DNA of 64,000 nucleotides from Octopus sinensis. Lineage: Eukaryota. The translations under genes and the position numbers were made by a program. The stretch lies in contig NC_042998.1 in assembly GCF_006345805.1 (NCBI RefSeq), forward strand, positions 111,786,001 to 111,850,000, written 5' to 3'. The notes below the pieces were generated by a model. That model saw only the letters and a list, made by a program, of their open reading frames with translations, searched no databases and had not been told where the DNA came from. Below are positions 12,062-26,492 of the stretch, one piece after another; within the stretch, counting starts at the first letter, position 1, and each line of letters starts with the position of its first letter.

Positions 12062-13012
12062 TTTCATTATATGTGAACCCAAACTCTTGACGTTCACCCT
12101 GATAGCAAATTAAAGAAATCATCAACATCACCATCATCATCATCATTATTGTTGCTGTTGTTATTGTTATTATTCCTCTCCCGTCTCCGACCCACCGCGT
12201 GCTCTGTACAGTTCAAAGTGCCGTCGAAATTTCGTACACGTCTGCTTGAATTCGAATAGCACGCACTTGTCACTGCTCATCAAAGACCGAATTGTGATTC
12301 TGTTGCTGCGTTGCGCCTCTGCCACCCGCGCCCTACCTATCGAAAGGCTTTCATTCTCTCACGTCTTAGCGCACGTGCCTTAGCTCTGAAAACACAACCT
12401 TTGTACTTGGCAGGTACATTTTTGAACAATAGTCTTGTTGGTTACAGGCTTTCAAGATACTAGCCACTGATTCACAGGACTACCGCATTGTTTCTACCTA
12501 CCAAAGTACAATCACAATTCTCGGGTTGATCACAGTTTATAGCAGAAAACATTTAAACAAGGCAGTGGGACCAAAGACAGAACCACGTGGTCGCAAGACA
12601 AACTTCTTAATCACACTACAATATACATGACTGACGAAGCCATTACTTTATCAATTAAACAAGAACTAATAATGCTGTTTTGCCTTCTTGGTAATCATAG
12701 GTCTGAAATGATGTATTTTCAAGTTACTGAACTGGTTCTTTCGTTTTACCTTCTTGCTATTGCCCTACTCTTGCACTTTTATTCCAGTCTCTTGTCCTCT
12801 ATTATTCACCCACTTATCTATAGTAAAAAGTTATTTGTTTTTGTTGTTTTTTTCCTAATTTAAATGTGAACTATGTTTTCTGAAGTCATACTGTAGTTTT
12901 CTCAAAAGCTTATTATATAGTGTAATGGATGCATCGTCCACATAAGTTGTCAGACAAGTATATTCTGGCAATTGATCTGGTTTTAGATCCTTAGTCCTGA
13001 ACCTTATCACAC

Positions 13013-13517
<505 letters not shown>

Positions 13518-13557
13518 TTCTTCTTCTTCTTCTTCTTCTTCTTCTTATTATTATTAC

Positions 13558-14619
13558 TATATGTTTGACTTTTACTTTGTATTTGTATAAGTTGACTCCA
13601 AGTCACACCCAGAGATCTCAAGAGACAACAAGTTAGAAGTTCATGTTGGTGTTTGACTAGGGTGTTATATATTTGGTTTTGCACATAGTATCGTTCTGGA
13701 GAATGTTTAAGAAAACATAATAAAAGCATAAGTTTCTTTTAAAATTTGAGATTACATACACACAGTATTTTACGTAGGATATGGGCAGTTCCCATGAGCA
13801 CTATCTTTTGAATTTCGGCTATTTTGGGGTTTCCTGATATCTGAGCTATCATTCCTAAGACAACAGGTACTATTTTAGTCTTGAGGTTCCACATTTGCCA
13901 ATTTCTATTTCAAGATCTTTATACATGTTCAGTTTTTGGTAGGCCTTGACAGATACATTTATGTCGATTAGGACAGTCATATCAATGAGGAGGCAAGATT
14001 TTTGTCTGAAGTCTTTCAATATAATCTCTGGCCTATTTGCATCTATCTTTCTGTCAGTTTGAACAGTAAAGTTCCAAAGGAGTGAGATATGATCATTTCC
14101 AAGCACTGGGGGTGGTTTGTGTTCCCACCAGTTTTTATCATGGGGCAGGTCCAGGTTTTTGTAAATTACCCAGTGAATATATTGTGCTGCTCTATCATGC
14201 ATGTTGAGATACGCTGTAGGTACAAGAAGACTGCACATGGAGACAACATGATCAATGGTTTCATTATGTTGTTTACCTACACGACATGTTGGGCTACTGC
14301 CATTCTTTAATATGTTGGCCTAGTAGTTCCTTGTAGGTAGGCATTGATCTTGGACTGCTATGATAAACCCTTCTGTTTCTGATTTTAAGCCAGAAGACAC
14401 TAACCATTGATGGGTCAGGGCTTTGTCAACATCGGCACTATTAGCTTTCTTTGGATATTTGCCATTGAGAGGTTTTTCTTGCCATTTATCAGTCAGACTA
14501 TCTAAGGCAGCAGTTTTAGCACGGGTTTTCATATGCTTAGTTTCGTCCAATTCTGGGATTTGTTTGTATTCGGAATTCACTGAGTATGATGCTTTCTTGT
14601 TTTCATGCTTTAAGAAAAG
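13558..14619 (-). mobile_element. RLE-type LINE family A (R4/Dong/HERO-like), 1-kb 3' fragment
   Basis: WLVSSGLKSETEGFIIAVQDQCLPTRNY, HDRAAQYIHW and WNFTVQTDRKIDANRPEII; (TAA)n on both flanks. Confidence 0.88.
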
Positions 14620-14622
14620 TTG

Positions 14623-14684
<62 letters not shown>

Positions 14685-14932
14685 GATTTCTGTAAGTAAT
14701 TTTTCGTTCACCTACTTTGAAATATGCTTATAGTAAGACAGCAGTAGCTTTTGTTGTTGCTTAATGCGCAGAATCAGGATCAAATGTGCTGCAATCACGA
14801 TCATTCCGGATTACATAGTTCAATGTGACCTTTCTTTTGCTCTGAGGTTAAGGAGTAATTTGAGATAGACTTGCCTATTGTTTTTACACATAGACAAATG
14901 TATACACACATATATGCACACACACGTGTATG

Positions 14933-14977
<45 letters not shown>

Positions 14978-16466
14978 GTACACACTCACTAAAAGAATAA
15001 AACGTTACCACCATTTTAAAATTAAAACTATAACTATTGTTATAAACACAGCTGGCGCCGTGCCGTCAAAAATGACTGCTAATTGTATTATTTTATATAT
15101 AAATAAGGTGTAAAACCAAGTTTTTAGTTTGGTAATTCTTTTATTACCAAATTTTTTTGTGATAAATCTCTTTGTAACTAACATCTCTTGACTGCTTGTT
15201 TCCTTCAAAAGAATTTTAAAGTTTTCCTTCCTTCTTATACGACTTAAGGTCACACAAAGCTGGCTATGACTAGATACAGGATAGAATATGGATGGTAAAT
15301 CAAATTAATACACTTGTCAATCTTATCGCGTGGTTGTCTTTTGAGATGTGACATTGATCATCGTTTGTTACTGAAAGAACGCTGGTTCATACATACAAAC
15401 ATTCACATACTTCCCTTGTACACGTACACACATGCACACATATACTCACAGAGTTGAAACACTGTTTGACTTTTCTTTTCAGTGTTGAATGTTCACCATC
15501 CCACTTCCATTGTACACACACACATTCACATACCTTCCTTTTACATACACACACATACTCACACAGTGTTGAAACGCTGTTTGATTTCCTTTTCACCGTA
15601 GAATTCTCATCATCCCACTACCAGTTTGCCATCACCCCTTCGTTCTTTATTCATCTATCACCCTTCTTTTCTCATTCATATGTTGTGACGGAGGAAAACC
15701 AAAGAGTATTATTATAGTAGATTATCAAGGCGCCAAGCAGGCACAACTATTTGCACAGCGAACAAAATGCTTAATGACAATTCCTCCATCTTTACATTCA
15801 GAGATAAAATTCCGTTGAGGTCGACTTTGCCTTTCATTCTTTCGATAAAATAAGTCATATACTGGAATCGATGCAATCAACTTCCCCCTTCCCCTCAAAA
15901 ACCTGCTGGCCGCGTGCCAAAATGTAAAAATATTATTATAAATATTAGTTATTGACGACACGATGTTCTCTGCTGTATCATCTAAATAATGTATATTTTT
16001 TACACAAATGTCACTCGCGTTCGTCTCCAAATCACTAGCATAAATTTTACAGCGTAAACATTGAAAAAAAAATGCGCATTTAGGAAAAATATATAATCTA
16101 TATACTTTCAACATCCACTCGGTTGCTTAATTAAAAAACAATTTTTTTTTATTTGCATGGGTCTTTAAGAAAACCAACTCACTTAATCATAAACTGCAGT
16201 TCCCCACCTCCATACGAATGTCAACTAACTTGTTGAAACACTTTATCTGCAAGCGAAATGCATGCAGTTTCTAGTAAGAAACTCAATAGGTGAAATAAAT
16301 ATCCGAGATGCTTTGCGCCTTGCAGAAACTGTACGCGCTACCTCTTCGCAATCCATTGCAATGTACGCAGTTCCTAATAACAAACCCAATTAACTCTTTC
16401 AACCTAACCTTTGTCCAAATCACTTATCTATTATGTCATTTTTTTAGACAAGTAAACCTTCCATAT

Positions 16467-16677
16467 TACTCTTTTACTCTTTTACTTGTTTCAGTCATTT
16501 GACTGCGGCCATGCTGGAGCACCGCCTTTAGTCGAGCAAATCGACCCCGGGACTTATTCTTTGTAAGTCCAGTACTTATTCTATCGGTCTCCTTTGCCGA
16601 ACCGCTAAGTGACGGGGACGTAAACACACCAGCATCAGTTGTCAAGCAATGCTAGGGGGACAAACACAGACATATAA

Positions 16678-16712
<35 letters not shown>

Positions 16713-16885
16713 CATATATACGACAGGCTTCTTTCAGTTTCCGTCTACCAAATCCACTCACAAGGCATTGGTCGGCCCAGGGCTATAGCAGAAGACACTT
16801 GCCCAAGATGCCACGCAGTGGGACTGAACCCGGAACCATGTGGTTGGTTAGCAAGCTACTTACCACACAGCCACTCCTGCGCCTA
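16467..16885 (-). mobile_element. SINE family A, full length
   Basis: Near-identical to 5361-5764. Confidence 0.92.
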
Positions 16886-17492
16886 TGTTTCTTTTTATTT
16901 AAAAATTTTGTACCAGTCAAAATTATATACATTTCTTCGTCCACTAGCTTTAATGCTAAATATGTCAAGTGTAGAAAATCATGGACTTGTATTTTATTTC
17001 TATTTCCTTTATGTTATTGGTGATCTTAGTCAACAATTCGGCGCAAGCCCTAATGTTTCTTCCCAAAATTAAACCAGAAAGCTTGTATATTGCATTGCAA
17101 TACCTTAAAATCACTTTAAATCTAATCTTGTATTGTACATTACACAATTTTGGAATGCGTCTATTTTCCGCCTCCCCACGAAAACTGCTTAACTTACCCA
17201 TATTAAGTATTGACCTATCGATAAGTGTATTAATATCTTCTGAACCTGTTCTGTGTGTTTTATCTATAATCATGACCATCGTTTCCCAACTCTTTAGCTT
17301 AACACAATCAAATGGTATTTTCTCCTTTAAACTTTCTGCTATTTTATTCGCTTGCACAACAATATACTTGTTATATTTCTTCATACATATTTACTAATTG
17401 ATCTCGCCTTTCCCGAGAACAGAATCTCCTCCCAGAACCTCATCTTTATTTTCTTTTTATAATGAAGTTGAAATAACTTGTGGCACTCGCAG

Positions 17493-17528
<36 letters not shown>

Positions 17529-17659
17529 GAATGTGTGTATGAATAACTATATCACCACACCCCATATCTGTATCTTTTTATTCGCTTATTTGTTTGATAT
17601 ATCACTTCTGTCACTCTAGAACAATGCCCTCTCAAACATATATATACATGTATGCACAC

Positions 17660-17696
<37 letters not shown>

Positions 17697-17841
17697 GGGA
17701 GGGGGAGATTACTGCGTCATAGCCCATACTGTGGTGGTGTTACTACTTTGTTTCATATACCTTAGGCGAGCCACCTCTCTTCCACCGCACTCTCTTTCAT
17801 TGCGAACACACGCAGCTCTAAAGCTGTGGCCATGTTGGGGC

Positions 17842-17936
<95 letters not shown>

Positions 17937-18959
17937 CATGAGGGCATGTATAAGAAGAAACTGTTTGCATTATTCGAATAATAGTAGCATCTAATATAGG
18001 TCATTAACACATTAGCCTGTTAGGCTCCAGTGGAAAACGAAAAACACTTCAACCAGAACAATATATCGGGGTCATTTACGTACACATCAGAGCAGTAATC
18101 GCATCTGGTGTTAGAATAGCAATCAATGTTTTTCATATCATATCCTATCGTTTTTAAAATTAAAGGAAACACTGAATACTGCGGTCCGGACTACACTATG
18201 ACTAGACGAAAAAACAAAGCGGGATTGTTCCACTGGAATATTTTGTTATCGTAAGTTTACTCGATCGACTTTGTCTTGGGGCAAAGCAACAACTACAACA
18301 ACAAAAATAACAGCCTAATACAGCGGTTGTTGGTTCGAGTTAGATTTAACTCTGGTTATCTATGTTATAAACACAGAGGAGACAAACAAGGACATACAAA
18401 CGATTATATCGACCCCATAGTCATGCAATAAGATGAATTATAAGGAAGGTGCCTTTTGTCTGATGTAGAATTCTGCAACTTTTATCAGAGAATGTCTCTG
18501 TCAGGGAATACTTTCTGAAGAGCCGCTTTTTACCTCTTGTGGTGCAATTTGCATCTTGTATGTTGAGTTGTACTATGGATGCACTTCGACGTGATACGGT
18601 TCATTTGATATTGTGGGAGGGATATGATTCAACATTCAAAGCTTGTTTCAATTAATCCTCTACCACTTTGTTTTCATTTTAAGTAGCGAAGGTCTATATT
18701 TATAATGATGTGGGGATTTGGAGGAAGTACTTCGTAGTTTCCGGGTTTGTGAGTAATTAGTCGTTACCGGATTTGACATCCAAACCAGATCTTTTCTAGC
18801 ATCCAGTTGAGTGTCTTAAATGTTAGATTACTCTTACACCAACTAGCCGCCGAAAAATCCTAATTTATTTTACACAGAGAGCCCTAAGAATCATATTGTG
18901 CTTGTTTTGTTAGCCCGAGTATAATATTCTCTTGATACGCGTTCCTAGTTACTGTCTTG

Positions 18960-19620
18960 GGCTCGCTTCTCTTTATAGTCTATATAAATGACCCTTTCAG
19001 CGTCATAAAACACAGCAAAATGAAAATATTCGCTGATGACTCTAAGCTCTAGAAAATTATCAATGAAGAAGACCGAACTGAACTCTAGTCTGACCTATAT
19101 GCTGTGAGTCAAAAACAAAATGCGACTAAACGAGGGAAAATTTGAGCTGATACATTTTGGAAGAAAGACTGTTAAAACAGCCATATTCTCTTCCTTCAGG
19201 GGAACCACTCACAGCATCTAATAATATCGGAGACTTGCGAGTAATTGTTGAAACAATCTCAGTTGGAGTGCCCACATCAACAATAAGGTCGGTATAGCTC
19301 ATAGGATGAGCTTCTGGATCCTACGAACCTCCCGGTCCAGAGAACAAGGTGTCATTATCCCTCTTATCTCCTCCTTTGTACGGTCACACCTCGAATACTG
19401 TTGCACCCTGTGGTTTCCCCATACAAAAAAAGAAAGGCCCTGCCCTATTTAACATTGTCCCGAAACAGATCAAAGGGGAAAGGATCCCATCACCGTTAAA
19501 CAGAATCTGGACAAATTTCTTCAAGGAATACCAGATAAGCCTTGATAAAACTTACTCAACAAGAACTCCCTACTCGAATGGGCCATGATACCAAAAAATT
19601 TGACTTAAAAAGGATTTAGC
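18960..19620 (+). mobile_element. CR1/L2-type LINE reverse transcriptase fragment
   Basis: IFADDSKL, LNEGKFELIHFG, NLSWSAHIN and RSHLEYCCTLW motifs with stops and frameshifts. Confidence 0.75.
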
Positions 19621-19812
19621 TAATCCTATCAGGTGGTGCTATTAAGTTAGACATGGCCTGGAACAATCTTTGGTCGAAACACAACTAAGTTATCTAAGTA
19701 TAAGTGCCATCGTAGGATATATTTTGATGCATCCCTTTGTAGCTGTAGTATTCTTTGTTGGAAACAGGACAAATACTCAAGCCATTGATAAAGATATTAT
19801 TATACTGGCTTG

Positions 19813-20030
19813 AAGGCAGCGAGCTGGCAGAAACGTAAGCACACCGGGTGATATGCTTAGCGGTATTTCGCCTGTCTTTACGTTTTGAGTTCAAATTCCG
19901 CCGAGGTCAACTTTGCCTTTCATCCTTTCGGGGTCGATTAATTAAGTACCAGTTGCGTACTGGGGTCGATCTAATTGACTGGCCCAACCCCCAAAAATTT
20001 CAGGCGTTGTGCCTAGTGTAGGAAAAATTA
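19813..20030 (+). mobile_element. SINE family B
   Basis: Homologous to 7770-8004. Confidence 0.88.
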
Positions 20031-20099
20031 TTACACTGACTTGTAGTTTTTCTTCGTTTTATAATCAGGCGCGAACATTTATCTTAGCCAAACTATATT

Positions 20100-20720
20100 T
20101 CAGTATTGTTTTGAGATTGTTGTAATCTGGCTAAGGCCTTTCGCCGTATCCCACACTTTCCGCCGTTCACAAAGAAGTTATGTATCAAACTAAGCTGATG
20201 TTTCTGCCTTCCTGTGAAGCAATTTCGTACACTTCAGATAAAAGGTCCGCTACAAGTACAAAACAATATCACAATAAAACTAAATCTTTTAAGTAGTCTT
20301 GTGAGACAATATAATTACTTCCTGTGCTTAAATGTAGAATAGCAATCTAAGATAAAACCGAATACTTTGATTATTATCTAGTCGATTGGCTTCTAGCATC
20401 CACGAGTGGGGAATATGATCGAATATTTTCTTATAACCAAACCAGACAGTATCCAAAATGTTTCCTATGTTGTCAAACGTCAGCCTTTACACTTTTGTTG
20501 ATTAGAAGTTGCTCAGCATATCTCCAAACTCTTTTCTTCCCAGCTGTATTTTCAGTGTTATGATATTGTTATTATCGCGTTGATTCTGGAAGAAAAGTTT
20601 CCGACAAGCTGTATACGTTTTATACGTTAGATTCAGACGTGAGAGTTGGCCGTTAGTTCTTTGTCAAGTGAGCAGAGTTCTTTTTCTGCTCCAGACTTGT
20701 TTTTCTCAATGTCAATCGAC
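20100..20720 (-). mobile_element. Decayed RT fragment of an RLE-type LINE
   Basis: Minus strand gives EQLLINKSV and YKKIFDHIPHSWMLE, resembling the KKAFDSVPHSW RT motif. Confidence 0.6.
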
Positions 20721-21150
20721 TTAGTGTTCATATGCACCACAGAAAGCTTGTTGATAAGATTGATTAACCACGATAGAAGCAAGTAGCTTTGTATTGGTAG
20801 CCGATAATAAAGTACCTTTCATGTACCTTTCTGTTCTGAATTTTTTTTTACTTTTAATATTTTATCATAGTCTGAGTGATACCACCATTTACACAGTGTG
20901 CTTTTGGTATAACGGAAGAAAAAATTCTTCTTTTGAATTTTTTCTAACTACACTACATCCAGGTTAAACACCTTTTTCTGCAGGATGGAGTAATTACTCT
21001 ATACAGAGGGCTAACTGGTTAGAATTGAGATATTTTACCATTACTCACAGACAACAATTAACTCCTATGTATGTATGTATGTATGTATGTATGTATGTAT
21101 GTATGTATGTATGTATGTATGTATGTATGTATGTATGTATGTATGTATGT

Positions 21151-21758
21151 CATTATTCAATTTATTTCAAGAATTCTTGCCAATAGAGAAATAACCGGTT
21201 TCTAACCTAGATACAAGGCTCTTTCATTGGAATTTCAACAAAAACAGAGTATTTTTGTATGTATGTATGTATGTATGTATGTATGTATGCATGTGCAGAT
21301 CTGTATGTTTTATGTATGTATTCTTATACATATAGTTGCATATCTAGACATGCTCATATATATTTAAATAATAAACTTCTGGAAAGTTTTACAGATATTT
21401 ACAGTTCCAGTGATGGACTGAATCTGTAGTCCTCGAATTAGCTTTCTCCTTTCTGGTTTTGAGAAGACTGATTTCCCAAGATTGGTATTTAGGCAGTTTG
21501 TTACATATCCCAGGGCCTCAATAATTACAGGTATAAACCTGAACTTGTAATCCGGGTAGAGTAACTACAGATTTTTCAGTAGTTTAGCATAGGTATCCTC
21601 TTTTTCACTGATCTTCAGTTTTGTGTTAACCTTCGCTAGGCAGCTAATTCCCACAACGGTGCACCGTTTCTCTTCTCTATCCCAAATCATTGTATCAGAT
21701 CTGTTGTGCTTACATTTTATTGAGGTCTTCACTGGTACATTCCACCAGTATTCCTTTT
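21151..21758 (-). mobile_element. RLE LINE family B (subfamily B2) 3' fragment, flanked on both sides by (CATA)n
   Basis: KEYWWNVPVKTSIKCKHNRSD...PVIIEALG; same 3' UTR as the copy at 48189. Confidence 0.85.
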
Positions 21759-21822
21759 TGTATGTATGTATGTATGTATGTATGTATGTATGTATATGTA
21801 TGTATGTATGTATGTATGTATG

Positions 21823-22590
21823 CTTCTCTTCGGTGTTTAATTATTTAAATTCGTCCTTTGAAGATGGAGCTGTTTTTCTGACAAAGATACAAAGATCCAT
21901 CCTTGGAATGTAGGTAACGAAAACAATGTCACATTTTAAACCTGAGAAAAATCTTGCATAGTTTCACAGTCCCGCTTACAGATTGTATTTGTAATGTGCG
22001 AGTCACATGGTTGATTTCTTTTTCTGAAAATCCAATCTTATCCAGACTGACAGTGAGGCATTTACTTACAAATCCAAGTACACCAATTATTATTGGTACA
22101 AATGTAAATTTGCAATCAGGAGATTTCGAAGCAGCTGTTCATAGTTATCCTCTTTGTCTTTGATTTTCAAAGAGCTATTCACACCAGCACGACAGCTGGC
22201 CTCTATGATGGTACATACTTTTTCCTGACTATCCAGCACAAAAATATTCGGCTTGTTATGCTTACACTTGACAGATATTTTGATGGGAATGTTCCACTAG
22301 TATTTCATGTACTGATATTTGAGTACGTATTCAACAAATGAGCGATTCTCTATATTTATTCCGGGACAGTCTTTTTCCTGAAGGGCATTGTATATTGTTT
22401 TTGCGACAACGTTGTGTCGCATAGGGAAGTAGTACCTGATGACGTTTTGGGGTAGATGCTAATCACATGTGTGATGTCTTCTACAGATATATAATATAAT
22501 CTACTTTTTCGATTGGATCTTGGAACTCCAAGGGTTTCACTGTCTCCTCTGTTTATCAGGTATTTAGTTCTTGGACTGCAAATCACACTT
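21823..22590 (-). mobile_element. RLE LINE family B (subfamily B1) 3' fragment
   Basis: SVEDITHVIS knuckle remnant through CKIFLRFKM*; 3' UTR homologous to 4516-4620 and followed by (CATA)n. Confidence 0.85.
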
Positions 22591-22858
22591 TGAAGCGTGT
22601 GCTATGTAGTGGTCGCGAGTCCAAGAGAGGCTTCGCTTCATATCATTGTTACTGTCTTTTTCAAGTCTTCGGGAAACATACCCATGCATGGTCTTTTTTG
22701 GTTTCTTTATTTTCCCGTAACTTAGCAGTTCGGCATAAAAAAGCTGACAGAGTAATTACCAAGCTTAAAATGTACATGGGTCAATTGTTCGACTAACACC
22801 CTTCAAGGCGTTGGCCCGGCATGTCCACAACTCAATAACTAAAAGAAGTAAAGAGGTG

Positions 22859-22890
<32 letters not shown>

Positions 22891-22978
22891 TGTATGTATG
22901 TATGTATGTATGTATGTATGTATGTATGTATGTATGTGTATGTATGCATGTATGTATGTATGTGCGTACTTATGTATT

Positions 22979-23010
<32 letters not shown>

Positions 23011-23022
23011 GTGTGTGTGTGT

Positions 23023-23067
<45 letters not shown>

Positions 23068-23360
23068 ACGTACTTATGTATGCATGTACGGAAACTTTCA
23101 AGGTAGAATATGACTATATTTGGACCTATCCGAAGTAGGTACGATGAGGATCATGTCGAAATTCAAAAGGTATTGAGTTCTTTTTAAAATTTTTGGTGGG
23201 GAGAAGGACCCCGTCAGATATTCATGGTCTCTTCCTTAGCTCTTCAGGCCCCGGACCGATGTATTAGCTGAATCCCACCTTTTATGAGCCCTATTACCAG
23301 ATCCGCACAACCACGTAATCCTCATTCACTCGGATGTGAGCGTTTAGGGTGTGAGCGTTC

Positions 23361-25200
23361 AGGAATGACTTAGACATGCTCAACCACCTCCCGAAGACAA
23401 TAAATAAAGGAACCCGGTTAGTATCATTCGATGTGGTGAATTTGTACACCGATATCCCACACAGTTATGGTATAGAAGCGATCACCTTCTGGCTAGAAAA
23501 ATACCCAGAAGAGATCCCAGGACACATCAACCACATATTCATAATCGCAGCACTCAAATTCATCCTACTGAACAACTATTTCATGTTCGATACAGTTTAC
23601 TATCGACAAAAATGTGGAATTGCAATGGGAACCCGAGCTGCTCCAGTGATTGCGAACCTTGTAATGAGTTACCTAGAGCTTAAAACATATCAATCATCAC
23701 TACAGAAATATGGCACCTCATTTCATTGCTATTTAAAGGAGAACTGGAAGAGGTATTTGGACGATTGCTTTATACTTCGGAAAGACAACATGGACAAACT
23801 CCTCGATTTCAAAATAATGCTTAACAATATTAATTGCAACATACTATTCACCATGGAGCACAGCAGTAAACAACTCCCTTTTCTTGATATCCTAATTAAA
23901 ATAGTCAATAACCACATCGAAACAGACATCTTCTATAAACCCACAGATTCTAAACAATACCTATTATTCAACTCATGCTACCATAAACATATGAAAATTA
24001 ATATACCTTATAATCTAGCGAAAAGAAACTGTACCATAGTTTCGGACACCTATACTCGTGAACGAAGACTCATTGAATTCAGATTAATACTAAATAAAAG
24101 ACATTACCCAATATCATTAATAAATGATGGTATTAAACGAGATATGAAAATAGATATACGAACATTATGGGAAGTCAACCGAAATAGTAAACCAGACTTA
24201 AAAATACTCCCATACATCTCCACACATAACCCTAGAAACAACGAAGCCTTCAACATTGTCAGCCAAAATCTACCCATCCTCACAGGAGATAAAACAATGA
24301 ATAAAATTTTAGGCTCACACAAAATTATCAAAAGCAAAATGCAACCAAAATCATAGAAAAAATATTAATCAGCGCAAGACTATTTCTATTAACAACAGAA
24401 CCAAAAGTGAAAAAAATGTAGTCGACCTAACTGTGGTACATGCCCCCACCTTTTGGAGGGTTCAGAGTTCTCCTTTAAACAAGGTGAAATATTTAAGATT
24501 AAATCAAATTTCACCTGTGACACGGAAAATCTAATCTATGCCATTATATGCTTGGGGTGTGGTCATAATTATATTGGCCAAACAGGAATATCATTCTGTC
24601 GAAGAACCACTCTCCACAAAGAACAAATCCGCCACCCACAATACAGACAGATACAGGTTAGTGAACACATAGAAAGGTCTGCTAGGAATCTTAATCCTAA
24701 TTTCCTAATTTTCCCCGTGTATCAATGTTTACAGAACACCTCAGTACAAAAAAGAATGAATAAAGACACAACTTTCATCAATAAATATCTTCCACAACTC
24801 AATATGAACACATAACATAATACAGAACACTACTAACCTTTCAATTAATACCACTAACCCCCATACATCCCATACACCATTCACATTACAGATCTATATC
24901 TAGCCTAATTGCACCAAATCCAGAACTACTTACCCCCTTACACATAATCGTTTTACTCAGGGACTGGTAGATCAGACACCGTTTGCTAATCGGTGTGCAT
25001 TCAAAGCAATGATAAATAAATTCACGAAACCGGCATGCTTTTAAATTTCTTTAACAATTCGCAATATTGACTTTTATTACTTTTATTTCTACCTCAGTTC
25101 ATCTAATTGTATATATCAATCGTTATTTTTCATTAAAAGCCTTTACTTTTTTTGATTTCCAATGTGCATTTTCACTTATTTCTCTTCTTACTTTCCCCTA
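23361..25200 (+). mobile_element. Penelope-like element: RT + GIY-YIG endonuclease, 5'-truncated, one stop/frameshift, with 3' UTR
   Basis: ORF 23376-24356 has LVSFDVVNLYT, GIAMGT, RYLDD, LPFLDI and FYKPTD. ORF 24453-24815 has NLIYAIICLGCGHNYIGQTG (GIY-YIG). Confidence 0.93.
25003..25041 (+). ncRNA. Degenerate minimal hammerhead ribozyme in the Penelope 3' UTR
   Basis: Stem I AAAGCA/TGCTTT, core ATGATAA (decayed from CTGATGA), TTCAC-GAAA-CCGG. Confidence 0.45.
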
Positions 25201-25221
25201 TATATATATATAATATATATA

Positions 25222-25267
<46 letters not shown>

Positions 25268-25339
25268 AATCCAAACGGGAAAACAGAAAAAACAACACGT
25301 GGAACAATTACAGTATTATTATTAATAGGCGCTCAGGAA

Positions 25340-25393
<54 letters not shown>

Positions 25394-25630
25394 TGTAATA
25401 ATAACAATAATCCTTGGATGGAATTTATAAACATTTAATGCGTTGTTATTATTACTATATTATCCAAAATTATATCGGTACAGCTCGATGCGATCCCAAA
25501 AAACTGGTTCACCAGTCAACACCATTGAACTGTGGCCAGCATAATAGTATAAAAGCTTTATTTGCATATTCAAAGCGTTTCCCATAAACAAAATTAGAGA
25601 TACATACGCACACACATGTATATATGTATG

Positions 25631-25677
<47 letters not shown>

Positions 25678-26452
25678 TGTGAAAGAAGTAGACCAGTTTA
25701 TATTTATTACTGATGAAGGCCTGTTTATAGGGCCTATGCTGGCCAGCAAGTCTTAGGGTCTGATGATGCGCCATAAAGATATTCTTTATAGTGAGAAACC
25801 CAGGGTAACCCTATAAACAGACCTTCACCAGTAATATATATATATATGTATAGTAAATACACAAACGAAAATACACAACTGAAAAGTTAAAATGGGATTA
25901 CGTATACTGAATGCACAACTGGACGGAAGACAGATGCAGAAGGTCCCTAATTCTTTATCAGTTATCTACCAGATTGTATTACTAAGTTTCGCACCATTAA
26001 TGGTAAGGCCCAGAGCCCTATATTCTCCTCAATTTTCGCGGGTTGTTACTATACTAACGACAATAACATTAATATACATTAAGTAACCTGATACAAAATA
26101 TACTACCATTCACCACTCGAAGTGTAAAATGCATTTGCTGACTACTGACCCATTATTGGACAGCCGGTCAGTTGTTTTTCTAACCAGCAGAGTTGAAAAG
26201 GTCAGAATTTAGGCTATTTTTAGAACACTAACACCACGTGCTTGAAATATTTTGGTTGGACTTGTGGATCTGAAATGCAGTTAATAGGACCCTGAAGAAG
26301 CGGTAATTAACACCAAAATGCACACAAAGATGCAACATTTTGCAGTGTGCACAAAAGTGCAGCAAAAACATATGTAGGTGCAGAAATGGAAAGACATGAT
26401 TGACAGCAGAATAAAACTGGTTATATAAATCTTTGTTCTCCTTATTAATTCA

Positions 26453-26490
<38 letters not shown>

Positions 26491-26492
<2 letters not shown>

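Noticed and set aside
22811-23138. Many ORF-track entries such as MYVCMYVC..., HTYIHTYI..., YIYIYI... (also 28.3-30.4, 33.5, 47.9-48.5 and 62.4-63.5 kb)
   Set aside because: These are translations of (CATA)n, (CA)n, (TA)n and (GATA)n microsatellites, which lack stop codons; no coding evidence.
25710-25740. CTGATGAAGGCC...GGCC hammerhead-like start
   Set aside because: The GAAA half of the core and stems I/III are absent; at best a broken relic.
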